Shown: positions 37,544-45,945, counted from the first letter of the stretch. The stretch is 59,857 nt of DNA from Candidatus Roizmanbacteria bacterium CG_4_9_14_0_2_um_filter_38_17 (GCA_002788855.1 PFSB01000009.1:1-59857), one strand, 5' to 3'. Translations and numbers: made by a program. The notes: generated by a model not told the origin, from the sequence alone.

Positions 37544-38057
37544 TAAGTGTTACTTGTTATATAATAAGGCACAGAGGCTGATCTCATATCGTCCTCGTTC
37601 GGAATCCGAACTTCGTTTACGTTTGACTTTGTATGTGGGTAAATGGAAGTTAGAACATTCTTTAGTGGAAGAGGTCCTACAAATACTAAAAGAAGAAAAT
37701 GTAATAGACGATTTTAAATTTGCCCAGTGGTGGATAGAGCAGCGATCTGAGTTTAGTCCGCGAGGCAAGCGAATGATAACTGCAGAACTAAAAGCAAAAG
37801 GCGTTGATGAAGAAATCATCAGAGAGGCAATAGCCCTATTACACACCGGCGAAATTGATATTTTTGGTGTTAAAAGAGAAGCTTTGGATGAAAAAATACT
37901 TGCTTTGGGAGCTGCCATGAAAAAACAAAAAATGTATAAAACTGAAGATAAGTTCACATTTGAAAAAAAAATGGTAAGATACTTGGTAAGTCGTGGCTTT
38001 GATTACACAATTTCAAGTGAGGTAACGCAAGAATTAATAACAATAAATTATGAGTGA
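37488..38057 (+). CDS. recX: RecX regulatory protein (start uncertain; the track ORF overlaps the recA 3' end)
   Basis: [16 protein letters not shown]... and repeated three-helix modules; position directly after recA. A TTG near 37553 is an alternative start. Confidence 0.7.
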   Translation: MLKPNKPRLKEKSPKKPSDKCYLLYNKAQRLISYRPRSESELRLRLTLYVGKWKLEHSLVEEVLQILKEENVIDDFKFAQWWIEQRSEFSPRGKRMITAELKAKGVDEEIIREAIALLHTGEIDIFGVKREALDEKILALGAAMKKQKMYKTEDKFTFEKKMVRYLVSRGFDYTISSEVTQELITINYE

Positions 38058-39222
38058 TTCAATAAACAAAATTAGAGACGAATTAATAGGAAAACTGGAA
38101 AAATCCGCTGGCATGTCTCGAAATGACGCAAAACAGGAGCTTTTAAACCAGATAAAACATTCAGAAGCAGAAGAGATAGCAAGAGAGATAAAGGCTGTAG
38201 AAGAGAAAGTTAAGGTAGAAGCAGATAAACGAGCCAGAGAGATTGTGGCCGATGCTATTAAACACGGTGCTACTGATTGGGTTTCTGAGTTTACTGTTTC
38301 GACAATCCAGATCCAAGATGATAGTGTCAAAGCGCGCATCATAGGTAAAGAAGGCAGAAATATCCGTGCGTTTGAGAGAGTGACCAATGTTGATGTAAAT
38401 CTAGATGAAGAAGGATTAATTACTCTTTCTAGTTTTGATCCAGTGCGTCGCGAAATTGCGCGAGTAGCGTTAGAGGATTTAATTAAAGATGGGAGAATTC
38501 AACCAGCAAGAATAGAAGAGATATACGAGCAGACCAAGGAAAGTATTGAGAAATTAATGTTTGAAGCTGGTGAGAAGTTGTGTCACGGAGTAGGAGTTTT
38601 TAGCATGCCCAAGGAGTTGATCGCTATGTTAGGAAGGTTTAAATACCGTTTTTCATATGGCCAAAACATGATTAAGCATACCTTGGAGGAGACAAAGATA
38701 GGAATTGCGTTGGCAGAAGAGTTGAGAGCAGACGTGGACATTGTTCGTTTGGGTTGTTTGCTCCACGATATTGGAAAGATTGTATCTGAAGATGAAGGAA
38801 CTCATGTTGATAAAGGAGTAAAGCTTTTAAAGAAATATAATATGCCCGAAGCTGTGATTGGTTGTGTGGCAGCACATCATGAAGATATTCCATTTCCATC
38901 TTTATCTGCAGTATTAGTATATGTAGCCGATGCAGTTTCAGGAGCTAGACCTGGAGCCAGACATGAAGACTATGGTGACTATTTGAAACGTCTTACTAAA
39001 CTGGAAGATATAGCAAAGAGACACACGGGAGTATCTGATGCTTACGCAGTCTCAGCTGGTCGTGATCTTCGAGTGGTTGTAGACCCTGGAGAGTTATCTG
39101 ACGCGGAAGCGACTGTGCTGGCACGAGATATTAAAAAAGAAGTAGAAGAAACGATGGTGTATCCGGGCCAAGTGAAGATTATTGTTATAAGAGAACTTCG
39201 AGCGATTGAAATAGCTCAGTAG
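38050..39222 (+). CDS. rny: Ribonuclease Y (short form without an N-terminal membrane helix)
   Basis: Coiled-coil N-terminus, KH motif RIIGKEGRNIRAFE, and HD domain LLHDIGK...AAHHEDIP. 390 aa. Confidence 0.88.
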   Translation: MSDSINKIRDELIGKLEKSAGMSRNDAKQELLNQIKHSEAEEIAREIKAVEEKVKVEADKRAREIVADAIKHGATDWVSEFTVSTIQIQDDSVKARIIGKEGRNIRAFERVTNVDVNLDEEGLITLSSFDPVRREIARVALEDLIKDGRIQPARIEEIYEQTKESIEKLMFEAGEKLCHGVGVFSMPKELIAMLGRFKYRFSYGQNMIKHTLEETKIGIALAEELRADVDIVRLGCLLHDIGKIVSEDEGTHVDKGVKLLKKYNMPEAVIGCVAAHHEDIPFPSLSAVLVYVADAVSGARPGARHEDYGDYLKRLTKLEDIAKRHTGVSDAYAVSAGRDLRVVVDPGELSDAEATVLARDIKKEVEETMVYPGQVKIIVIRELRAIEIAQ

Positions 39223-39266
39223 CCTCCAAATAAGACTTAAGTACTAAAGTAATTCCGGTTTAGCCC

Positions 39267-39295
39267 TTGACACAAGGCTAAAAATTACTTACTAT
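39267..39295 (+). promoter_or_regulatory. Candidate sigma70 promoter of hup
   Basis: TTGACA (39267-39272), 17-nt spacer, TACTAT (39290-39295). A strong SD AAGGAGGTGA lies before the ATG at 39367. Confidence 0.55.
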
Positions 39296-39366
39296 GTTTT
39301 TAAGCCCGCAGACAAGAGCTAATGCGGATAGTAGGATGCTTAAGTCCGTAAAGGAGGTGAGGCAAT

Positions 39367-39639
39367 ATGACAAAAAGTGATTTAATTGAAGTTGTTGCCA
39401 AAAAGGCAAAATTAACTAATAAAGCAGCACGTGATGCAGTTCAAGCAGTGTTCGACGTTGTTACCGAAAACATGAAAAAAGGTGAAAAAGTGGTAGTTAC
39501 CGGTTTTGGAACTTTCGATGTTGGCAAGCGCGCAGCACGCGAAGGACGTAATCCTCAGACAGGGGAAAAGATTATGATCCCCGAGATGAGAAGTCCAACT
39601 TTTACAGCAGGAAAAACACTCAAAAGAACGGTTCGTTAA
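39367..39639 (+). CDS. hup: DNA-binding protein HU
   Basis: 90 aa. MTKSDLIEVVAKKA...VVTGFGTFDVGKRAAREGRNPQTGEKIMIP. Confidence 0.95.
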   Translation: MTKSDLIEVVAKKAKLTNKAARDAVQAVFDVVTENMKKGEKVVVTGFGTFDVGKRAAREGRNPQTGEKIMIPEMRSPTFTAGKTLKRTVR

Positions 39640-39662
39640 GGGTAATTTCTTGTTTTTATATC

Positions 39663-39693
39663 GAAAGCAGGCTCCCTCCTGCTTTCTTTATTA
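39663..39693 (+). terminator. Rho-independent terminator of hup
   Basis: GAAAGCAGG-CTCCCT-CCTGCTTTC followed by TTTATTATT. Confidence 0.75.
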
Positions 39694-39712
39694 TTCCTGT
39701 TAAAATACACAG

Positions 39713-40849
39713 GTGACAAAATATCATATTCATACGTTTGGCTGTCAACAGAACGAGGCAGACAGTGAACGAATAGCTTCACAACTAAAATCCCGCGGAA
39801 TGGTTCAAGCCAAAGATATAAAGCAGGCAGATCACATTATAATCAATACCTGCATGATTAGAGAATCCGCAGAAAACAGGGTATATGGTTTGGTACACAA
39901 TCTGTATGAGGAAAAGCAAAAAGGAAGAAAACTAAAAGTGGTGATTACTGGTTGCATGGTGGGAATGGCAGTTAGAGATAAAACTGGTGAGTTTTTAGAA
40001 ACTATAAAAAGGAGAATGCCAGGTGCTGACGAGTTTTTACCAATCGAGGAAGTAGGTTTTGACCATGACCCAATACGTACCAATGCTAAACATGGCTGGG
40101 TACCTATCTCAAATGGCTGTAATAATTTTTGTACGTTCTGTGTTGTGCCATATACCAGAGGTCGTGAAATAAGTCGGCCCTTTGATGATATTCTCAATGA
40201 AGTAAAAAGGTTAGCTAAGTCTGGATATGATCAAATTACTTTATTAGGAATGAATGTAAACTCATATGGTGCAGATATAGTTAAGTCAGAAGAAGTCATC
40301 ATTGGTGGAAGGAAAGTGTCTCCGGTAATGGTTAAGCACTTAGGAAGACAAAGAATTCCTACACTATTTCCCTATTTGCTGGAAGAAGTTTGTAAAGTTA
40401 AGGGAATTAAAAAAGTAGATTTTGTTTCTTCTAATCCCTGGGATTTTTCTGATGCTTTGATTGATGTAATTGCGAAAAATCCCAAAATTAGTCGTTTGAT
40501 ACATTTGCCAGTTCAGGCTGGTAATGATGAGCTCTTACAAAAAATGAATCGTTGGTATACAAAAGAAGAATACATTAATTTAATAGCTAAGATTAGAAGC
40601 AAAGTAAAAGGAGTGGAATTTAGCACAGACATCATAGTTGGGTTTTGTGGAGAAACAAAAAAACAGTTTGAGGATACTCTAGATTTAGTAAAAAAAGTTG
40701 GATTTGTTAAAGCATATATTTCGCGTTACTCGGATAGGCCATTGACTGCTGCACATACATCTGTATCATATAAAGATACTGTACTCAATGCGGAAAAAAA
40801 ACGTCGCTGGCTAGTTCTGGAGAATTTAATCAACAAGCCAAATCTATAA
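39713..40849 (+). CDS. MiaB/RimO-family radical SAM methylthiotransferase, apparently lacking the C-terminal TRAM domain
   Basis: GTG start. UPF0004 cysteines (FGCQQN, NTCMIRE, TGCMVG) and radical SAM CNNFCTFC. The protein ends ~10 aa after KKRRWLVLENL, directly at REP B3. Confidence 0.8.
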   Translation: MTKYHIHTFGCQQNEADSERIASQLKSRGMVQAKDIKQADHIIINTCMIRESAENRVYGLVHNLYEEKQKGRKLKVVITGCMVGMAVRDKTGEFLETIKRRMPGADEFLPIEEVGFDHDPIRTNAKHGWVPISNGCNNFCTFCVVPYTRGREISRPFDDILNEVKRLAKSGYDQITLLGMNVNSYGADIVKSEEVIIGGRKVSPVMVKHLGRQRIPTLFPYLLEEVCKVKGIKKVDFVSSNPWDFSDALIDVIAKNPKISRLIHLPVQAGNDELLQKMNRWYTKEEYINLIAKIRSKVKGVEFSTDIIVGFCGETKKQFEDTLDLVKKVGFVKAYISRYSDRPLTAAHTSVSYKDTVLNAEKKRRWLVLENLINKPNL

Positions 40850-40851
40850 AT

Positions 40852-40872
40852 ATTAAAGGCCTTGCCTTTAAT
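40852..40872. repeat. Family B REP hairpin (B3)
   Basis: ATTAAAGGC-CTT-GCCTTTAAT. Confidence 0.85.
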
Positions 40873-40897
40873 ATTATTATTTGATAATGTAAATATT

Positions 40898-41590
40898 ATG
40901 AGTAAAAGAAAGGTGCAATTTGTAAAAAACAATATTTACCACATTTACAATAGAGGAGTACATAAAAATGATTTATATTTAAGCGATGCTGATTATCAGC
41001 GGTGGGAAAAGCTGCTGGCTTGGTCTGCAAATTATAGTTATTCATATAGTTTGTATTTGCAGAGGTTATTGCAAATAGAAGAACGGGCGGGTGAAACCGA
41101 AGCATTTATCAAGTCATTTGCTGAGAATTACAAGTATTCCTTTCCTTTAGTAGAGATACTTGCTTATGTAGAAATGCCTAATCATTATCATTTGATTTTG
41201 GAGCAAACAGAAGATGATGGGATAAGTAGATATATGCAGAAATTATCAACTGCCTATGCGATGTATTTTAATGAAAGATACGATGTATCTGGGTCATTAT
41301 TTCAAAGTAAATTTCAGGCTGTAGAAGTTATAGCAGATGAACAGCTTATTCAGTTGCTTCGTTATGTATTGAATAATCCATTAAATGCAAAACTTATTAG
41401 AAATAATAACCTTAAATATAATTGGTCTTCTCTATCTGAATATACGGGTGAAAAACAGAGTGAAATAATATCAACAAAGAGGCTCCCAAGTTTTTTTTTG
41501 GATAGGCAGAAATTAATCAATTTTTTAAATGAGGAGCCTACAGAATCTAACAGTGATATTTTAGTTGGTTTAGAAATAGATAGTGATTAA
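40898..41590 (+). CDS. REP-associated tyrosine transposase-like protein (IS200/IS605 Y1 HUH family), RAYT-2
   Basis: The start is taken at MSKRKVQF; the track start at 40862 lies inside the REP. YHIYNRGVHK, HUH MPNHYHLILEQ, GSLFQSKFQ, and a Tyr motif LLRYVLNNPLNAKL. Confidence 0.85.
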   Translation: MSKRKVQFVKNNIYHIYNRGVHKNDLYLSDADYQRWEKLLAWSANYSYSYSLYLQRLLQIEERAGETEAFIKSFAENYKYSFPLVEILAYVEMPNHYHLILEQTEDDGISRYMQKLSTAYAMYFNERYDVSGSLFQSKFQAVEVIADEQLIQLLRYVLNNPLNAKLIRNNNLKYNWSSLSEYTGEKQSEIISTKRLPSFFLDRQKLINFLNEEPTESNSDILVGLEIDSD

Positions 41591-41591
41591 T

Positions 41592-41612
41592 ATTAAAGGC
41601 CTTGCCTTTAAT
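41592..41612. repeat. Family B REP hairpin (B4)
   Basis: ATTAAAGGC-CTT-GCCTTTAAT. Confidence 0.85.
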
Positions 41613-41619
41613 AAATACA

Positions 41620-42252
41620 ATGAAGAATAAAAAAACTGTGATTTTTGATTTTGATGGGACGATTGCAGATACGTTTGGAGTGGTTATAGAAATGATGGAT
41701 AAAATTGCAGAAGAATTGGGTTTCAAACGTCTAAATAAGGGACAAGCTAAAAAACTAAGAGACAAGACGGCGAGGGAAATAATGGAGCTTTTTGAGGTTT
41801 CTATATTTCAAGTGCCATTTGTAATGAGAAAACTGCGAGTCATGTTTGGGGAACATCTCGATGATGTAGAGATAATTAAAGGAATTTTTGAGGTATTAAT
41901 AGAGCTTAAGAAGAGAAAATATAATTTAGGAATAGTATCGTCAAATAATAAAAATGGTGTTGAAAAAATACTAAAGCGAGAAGAATTATATGAGCTTTTT
42001 GATTTTATTGTGACTGGGAGTAGTATCTGGGGAAAGGATAAAATACTTCGTAAGGTGTTGAAAGACCATAATTTAAAATCTCAAGAAACTGTATATATTG
42101 GTGATGAGACAAGAGATATCGAAGCAGCGCAAAAAACAGAGATAGATATTATTTCTGTTTCTTGGGGATTTGATTCAGAGAGTCTTCTCAAAAAACATAA
42201 CCCCACTGTGTTACTTGGTGCACCATTAGAGATCTTGTCTGTCTTAGAATAA
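41620..42252 (+). CDS. HAD-superfamily phosphatase (phosphoglycolate phosphatase-like)
   Basis: The start is taken at MKNKKTVIFDFDGTIADT (motif I). Also has VSSNN and GDETRDIEAA motifs. Confidence 0.8.
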   Translation: MKNKKTVIFDFDGTIADTFGVVIEMMDKIAEELGFKRLNKGQAKKLRDKTAREIMELFEVSIFQVPFVMRKLRVMFGEHLDDVEIIKGIFEVLIELKKRKYNLGIVSSNNKNGVEKILKREELYELFDFIVTGSSIWGKDKILRKVLKDHNLKSQETVYIGDETRDIEAAQKTEIDIISVSWGFDSESLLKKHNPTVLLGAPLEILSVLE

Positions 42253-42258
42253 TCTGTT

Positions 42259-42579
42259 ATGCTATCCCTTATGAAGGATAATCCAGAACATCTTGAGGAG
42301 GCATTTGAGGAAGTGTGTAAAACCTTAATGGATGTTTTTGTGAAGAAACATAAAGATTATGGTAAAGACAATATCCTTGAGATGGGGGAACTTGGAGTTG
42401 CTTTTCGTGAGACAGAAAAAGTAAGTAGATTAAAACATTTGCTTCGTGAAAATAGAGAGCCCCAGTATGAGTCAATGGAGGAAAACTGGATTGATGTAGC
42501 GGTTTATGCTGTTATTGCAATAATGCTTCGTCGTGGCTGGTTTGAAAAGCTTGAGCTAGACAAGGAACTAGAGTCCTAG
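42259..42579 (+). CDS. Small hypothetical protein, possibly DUF1599/MazG-like helical
   Basis: 106 aa. KHKDYGKDNILEMGELGVAFRETEKVSRLKHLL resembles the KxxDYG...R..K..R pattern of that family. Weak call. Confidence 0.4.
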   Translation: MLSLMKDNPEHLEEAFEEVCKTLMDVFVKKHKDYGKDNILEMGELGVAFRETEKVSRLKHLLRENREPQYESMEENWIDVAVYAVIAIMLRRGWFEKLELDKELES

Positions 42580-43779
42580 CTAGACTGTGAATTTACCATT
42601 TGAATATATAACCTTTGTTGATCCGTCCTCTAAGTAGGCTGTTACTTTGCGACTTTTTGTACTTATAAAATCACAGTGTTCCCCGGAGCTGTTATATCCC
42701 ATCTTTTTCCATTCTTGTTTTGTCACTTTTGAAGGATCTCCACGATAACCTTCTTTGTATGAGCTACCTACAGCAATATGTGTGTTTCCTTGTTTATCTC
42801 CAGTGTTTTCATCAAACAGTGTATTTGCCATAAATTTGTCGATTCTGGTCATTCGAGAATCCGTCAAACTAAATTCGCCGACCTTATTGGCATCTGGGCG
42901 CGAAAGCATAGCCTGTAATGTTTTTTTTCCTTCTCTTGCACTGCTTTTAACAACTATCCCTTTCGCAAATTCGAGTCTAACGTCTTTCATAACATTTCCA
43001 TGAAAGTATATTGGCTGATTAAAAGTAATATACCCATGTGTTCCACGCCAGTCTGGGCTAGTAAAAATTTCAAAGCTTGGTATATTCCTACCACTTCCCC
43101 CTATCCATTTGCGGTCTTTTCCCAGCTTTATCCAGAGGTCTATTCCATCAGCTTCAACACGCACTTGATCAATAATATAGCTGTTTAGCTTATTTTTAAT
43201 ATGCTCTTGATCTTTAAATATTTTCTTCCATTGTAATATTGGGTCTTTAAAATCTAAAAAACAGGCTTTGATTATTTGCTCCCAGTAATCTTCAAGAGAC
43301 AAACCCGCCTCTTTAGCCATAGCTGGTGTTCCATATAAGGCTAGTGTCCAGGTGAAATTACCTTTTATTTCTTTGTTAAATATCCAGTCTCTAGTTTTTT
43401 TTGCGGATTCAGCGTTTTTCATTATTTTTTGCGGATCAACATTTTTAAGTTCGAATGGATCAATTTCAGCCAAGATCCCTACACTGTGGTCTATAAGGTC
43501 AACTCGGGCTTTGGCAAATTTTTTTGGGAAAAATGTCAACTGATCTTCATTTGCTAATTGGTAGAATGTTTTATCTATTCCTGAAGGAAGCATACGGATA
43601 ACAGGATGTGCTCCTGCTTCTAAAATAGATTGATGCAATGCCACAAGTAAGGGTTTGGCAATATCTGGAACAGTGCACTGTACAACTTCTCCCTTTTTAA
43701 CTCCCTTACCTGAGTTTAAGGCAAATTTGACCAAAACGTCTGCGTATTTCTTAAGGATCTTTTCACTTGGCTCGAACAT
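42580..43779 (-). CDS. M29-family aminopeptidase (AmpS/PepS-like)
   Basis: The start is taken at MFEPSEKILKKYADVLVKFALN; the longer track ORF would overlap the divergent gene. FSLTDSRMT...LFDENTGDKQGNTHIAVGSSY. Confidence 0.8.
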   Translation of the reverse strand: MFEPSEKILKKYADVLVKFALNSGKGVKKGEVVQCTVPDIAKPLLVALHQSILEAGAHPVIRMLPSGIDKTFYQLANEDQLTFFPKKFAKARVDLIDHSVGILAEIDPFELKNVDPQKIMKNAESAKKTRDWIFNKEIKGNFTWTLALYGTPAMAKEAGLSLEDYWEQIIKACFLDFKDPILQWKKIFKDQEHIKNKLNSYIIDQVRVEADGIDLWIKLGKDRKWIGGSGRNIPSFEIFTSPDWRGTHGYITFNQPIYFHGNVMKDVRLEFAKGIVVKSSAREGKKTLQAMLSRPDANKVGEFSLTDSRMTRIDKFMANTLFDENTGDKQGNTHIAVGSSYKEGYRGDPSKVTKQEWKKMGYNSSGEHCDFISTKSRKVTAYLEDGSTKVIYSNGKFTV

Positions 43780-43821
43780 AGTATGTATTATAACAGAGCT
43801 ACGTGACATATAATTAAAGCT

Positions 43822-44535
43822 ATGAACATGATTAAGAATAAAGATGAGATAAAAAATATCCGCGAAGCATGTAGAATTGCGGCTAAAACCTGGGAAATAG
43901 TTGAACCACAAATTAAGATTGGCAGATCTGAGCGGGAAATAGCAGATGAAATTATAAGCACAATGCTAAAGCTGGGTGCGGATAAGAAGCCTGAAAGTTT
44001 TCCAACAATTGTTGCTGTGGGCTCTAATTCTGTAACTGCCCATCATGAGACGGGAAATAGAAAGGTAAAGCAAAATTCTGTTGTGCTAGTAGATTTTGGT
44101 TGCAGATTTAATGGATATTGCTCGGATATGACCAGAACAATTTTTTTTGGTGAACCAACCAACCTGTACATAAAGATTAAAAAGGCTGTAGACACGGCAT
44201 ATATAACTGCTGTTAATTTATTAACTCCCGGTGTTAGAGTTTCAGATGTAGATCGAGCGGCGCGGGATGTTATTACTGAGGCGGGTTATGGTAAGCAGTT
44301 TATTCATACCACAGGACATGGATTGGGACTTAAAATTCATGAACCACCAAATATATATCTAAAGAGCAAGAATAGGTTAAAAGCAGGAATGGCCATAACA
44401 ATAGAACCGGGTATTTATCTTCCAGGCAAATTTGGATATAGGTATGAGAATACTCTCATTGTGACGAGATTAGGATCAGAAAATATGACTACCCTTTACT
44501 CCGCAGGCGGAACGGACCCTGTGGGTTCAAAATAA
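43822..44535 (+). CDS. M24-family metallopeptidase at the map position of the ribosomal cluster; motifs look M24B (Xaa-Pro) like
   Basis: 237 aa. VDFGCRFNGYCSDMTRT, HTTGHGLGLKIHEPP, ITIEPGIY. Lies immediately upstream of infA. Confidence 0.75.
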   Translation: MNMIKNKDEIKNIREACRIAAKTWEIVEPQIKIGRSEREIADEIISTMLKLGADKKPESFPTIVAVGSNSVTAHHETGNRKVKQNSVVLVDFGCRFNGYCSDMTRTIFFGEPTNLYIKIKKAVDTAYITAVNLLTPGVRVSDVDRAARDVITEAGYGKQFIHTTGHGLGLKIHEPPNIYLKSKNRLKAGMAITIEPGIYLPGKFGYRYENTLIVTRLGSENMTTLYSAGGTDPVGSK

Positions 44536-44628
44536 AGAGCTTAGCCATCGCTCTGTCATTCCCACCCGCCACAGGCGGATAAACTCCATCGGGAATCCAG
44601 TGTTTTTCTGTCCGTCTGTGGAGTTAAT

Positions 44629-44684
44629 CGCTCACTTAAGGCTAAGCCTTTCATTTCATGAAGGGCTTAGCCTTGTTTCGCTCA
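44629..44684 (+). repeat. Family C REPIN-like hairpin element (C4)
   Basis: CGCTCACTTAAGGCTAAGCCTTTCATTTCATGAAGGGCTTAGCCTTGTTTCGCTCA. Confidence 0.8.
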
Positions 44685-44750
44685 TTTTATTTGTTACATG
44701 GATTTACTCTTGTGTCGGTTTGAACCTGCTGGTATAATTGGGGTTCGTTA

Positions 44751-44993
44751 ATGGGGAAAGAAGAAACATTTATAGTTGAAGGAGACGTAACAGAAGTTCT
44801 TCCCAACACTCTTTTCCGAGTAGATATTGTGGAAGCAGAAGGCAATCCTGAATTAATTGGTAAAGAAATTCTTTGTCACTTATCAGGGAAGATGCGGCGT
44901 TATCATATTAAGGTAATACCGGGAGATAAAATTAAGGCAGAGATGACACCTTACGATTTAAATAAAGGAAGAATTAATTATAGGTATAAATGA
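44751..44993 (+). CDS. infA: Translation initiation factor IF-1
   Basis: [16 protein letters not shown]...[38 protein letters not shown]. Confidence 0.95.
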   Translation: MGKEETFIVEGDVTEVLPNTLFRVDIVEAEGNPELIGKEILCHLSGKMRRYHIKVIPGDKIKAEMTPYDLNKGRINYRYK

Positions 44994-45103
44994 AGGTCAG
45001 AGCAAGTGTAAAAAAAATGTGTATTAAATGTAAGTTAGTCCGTCGAAAAAAACGGCTATATGTTACGTGCGAAAACCCTAAGCACAAACAAAGACAAGGA
45101 TAA
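44990..45103 (+). CDS. rpmJ: Ribosomal protein L36 (not in the ORF track; 37 aa)
   Basis: Own translation: [41 protein letters not shown] overlap with infA and TAATG overlap with rpsM. Zn-binding CxxC...C...H pattern. Confidence 0.9.
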   Translation: MKVRASVKKMCIKCKLVRRKKRLYVTCENPKHKQRQG

Positions 45104-45498
45104 TGGCAAGAATAGTAGGAGTAGACATTCCAGATAGTCGTAAGGTTTGGTTTGGATTAACCAAGATCTATGGTATTGGGCAAGTTAATGTCTTGAGCTT
45201 AATAGAGAAATCTGGAGTAGATGGAGAAAAAAGAGTGAAGGAGTTAACGGATAAAGATATTGCGGCGATTCAGAAGGCATTAGAGGAGCATTTTAATATC
45301 GAAGGGGATTTGCGGCGCGAGATTCAAGATAATATTAAGCGCCTGAAAGCAGCCGGGTCATATCGGGGTCTTAGACATACGCAGGGTTTGCCAGCGCGGG
45401 GACAGCGCACCCGTTCAAATGCTCGCACTAAACGTGGTAAGCGCAAGACAATAGGTGCAATGCGTAAAGAGGTGGCACAAAAGATGGAAAGTAAGTAA
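45103..45498 (+). CDS. rpsM: Ribosomal protein S13
   Basis: [26 protein letters not shown]... Confidence 0.95.
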   Translation: MARIVGVDIPDSRKVWFGLTKIYGIGQVNVLSLIEKSGVDGEKRVKELTDKDIAAIQKALEEHFNIEGDLRREIQDNIKRLKAAGSYRGLRHTQGLPARGQRTRSNARTKRGKRKTIGAMRKEVAQKMESK

Positions 45499-45510
45499 TC
45501 ATAAAAAATC

Positions 45511-45945
45511 ATGGCAAAAACAAAAGAAACAAAGAAAATAACAAAAAAAGAAATGAAATTGAGCAAGGCAAGATCCAGCAAAGCTGGAGCAGATAAGAAG
45601 ATTCTTAAAGGAAGAATATATGTTCAAGCAACTTTTAATAATACCTTGGTTACGGTTACAGATGCTCAAGGTAATACACTATACTGGGGAACATCTGGTT
45701 CAGTGGGATTTAAAGGGGCAAGAAAAGCTACTCCTTTTGCAGCTACTACAGCTATAGACGAAGTTATTAAAAAATCTAGAGAAGTTGGTATGGAAGAGGT
45801 AGAGGTATTTATTAAAGGGCCTGGAGCAGGAAGAAACGCAGTATTGCGTTCATTACAGACAGTAGGAATGACAATTAAAAGCATTAGTGACGTTACGCCC
45901 ATTCCACATAATGGTGTGCGTCCACCAAAACGGAGGAGAGTTTAA
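45511..45945 (+). CDS. rpsK: Ribosomal protein S11
   Basis: GRIYVQATFNNTLVTVTDAQGN...GPGAGRNAVLRSL...PIPHNGVRPPKRRRV. Confidence 0.95.
   Translation: MAKTKETKKITKKEMKLSKARSSKAGADKKILKGRIYVQATFNNTLVTVTDAQGNTLYWGTSGSVGFKGARKATPFAATTAIDEVIKKSREVGMEEVEVFIKGPGAGRNAVLRSLQTVGMTIKSISDVTPIPHNGVRPPKRRRV

Larger units (their letters stand above)
40850..41612 (+). mobile_element. REP-RAYT unit 2: RAYT gene bracketed by identical 25-nt family B sequences
   Basis: AATATTAAAGGCCTTGCCTTTAATA occurs on both sides. It lies 0-2 nt after the miaB-like stop and directly after the RAYT-2 stop. Confidence 0.75.

Noticed and set aside
40862-43911. Long N-terminal extensions in track ORFs 40862 (RAYT-2), 41602 (HAD) and 43911 (M29 peptidase), and likewise 16527
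   Set aside because: The extensions start inside REP hairpins or overlap the neighbouring gene. Internal ATGs (40898, 41620, 43779, 16572) give N-termini that match the family or signal-peptide expectation.
44500-44540. GGGTTCAAAA resembling a tRNA T-loop at the end of the M24 gene
   Set aside because: No flanking T-stem pairing, acceptor stem or anticodon arm could be built.
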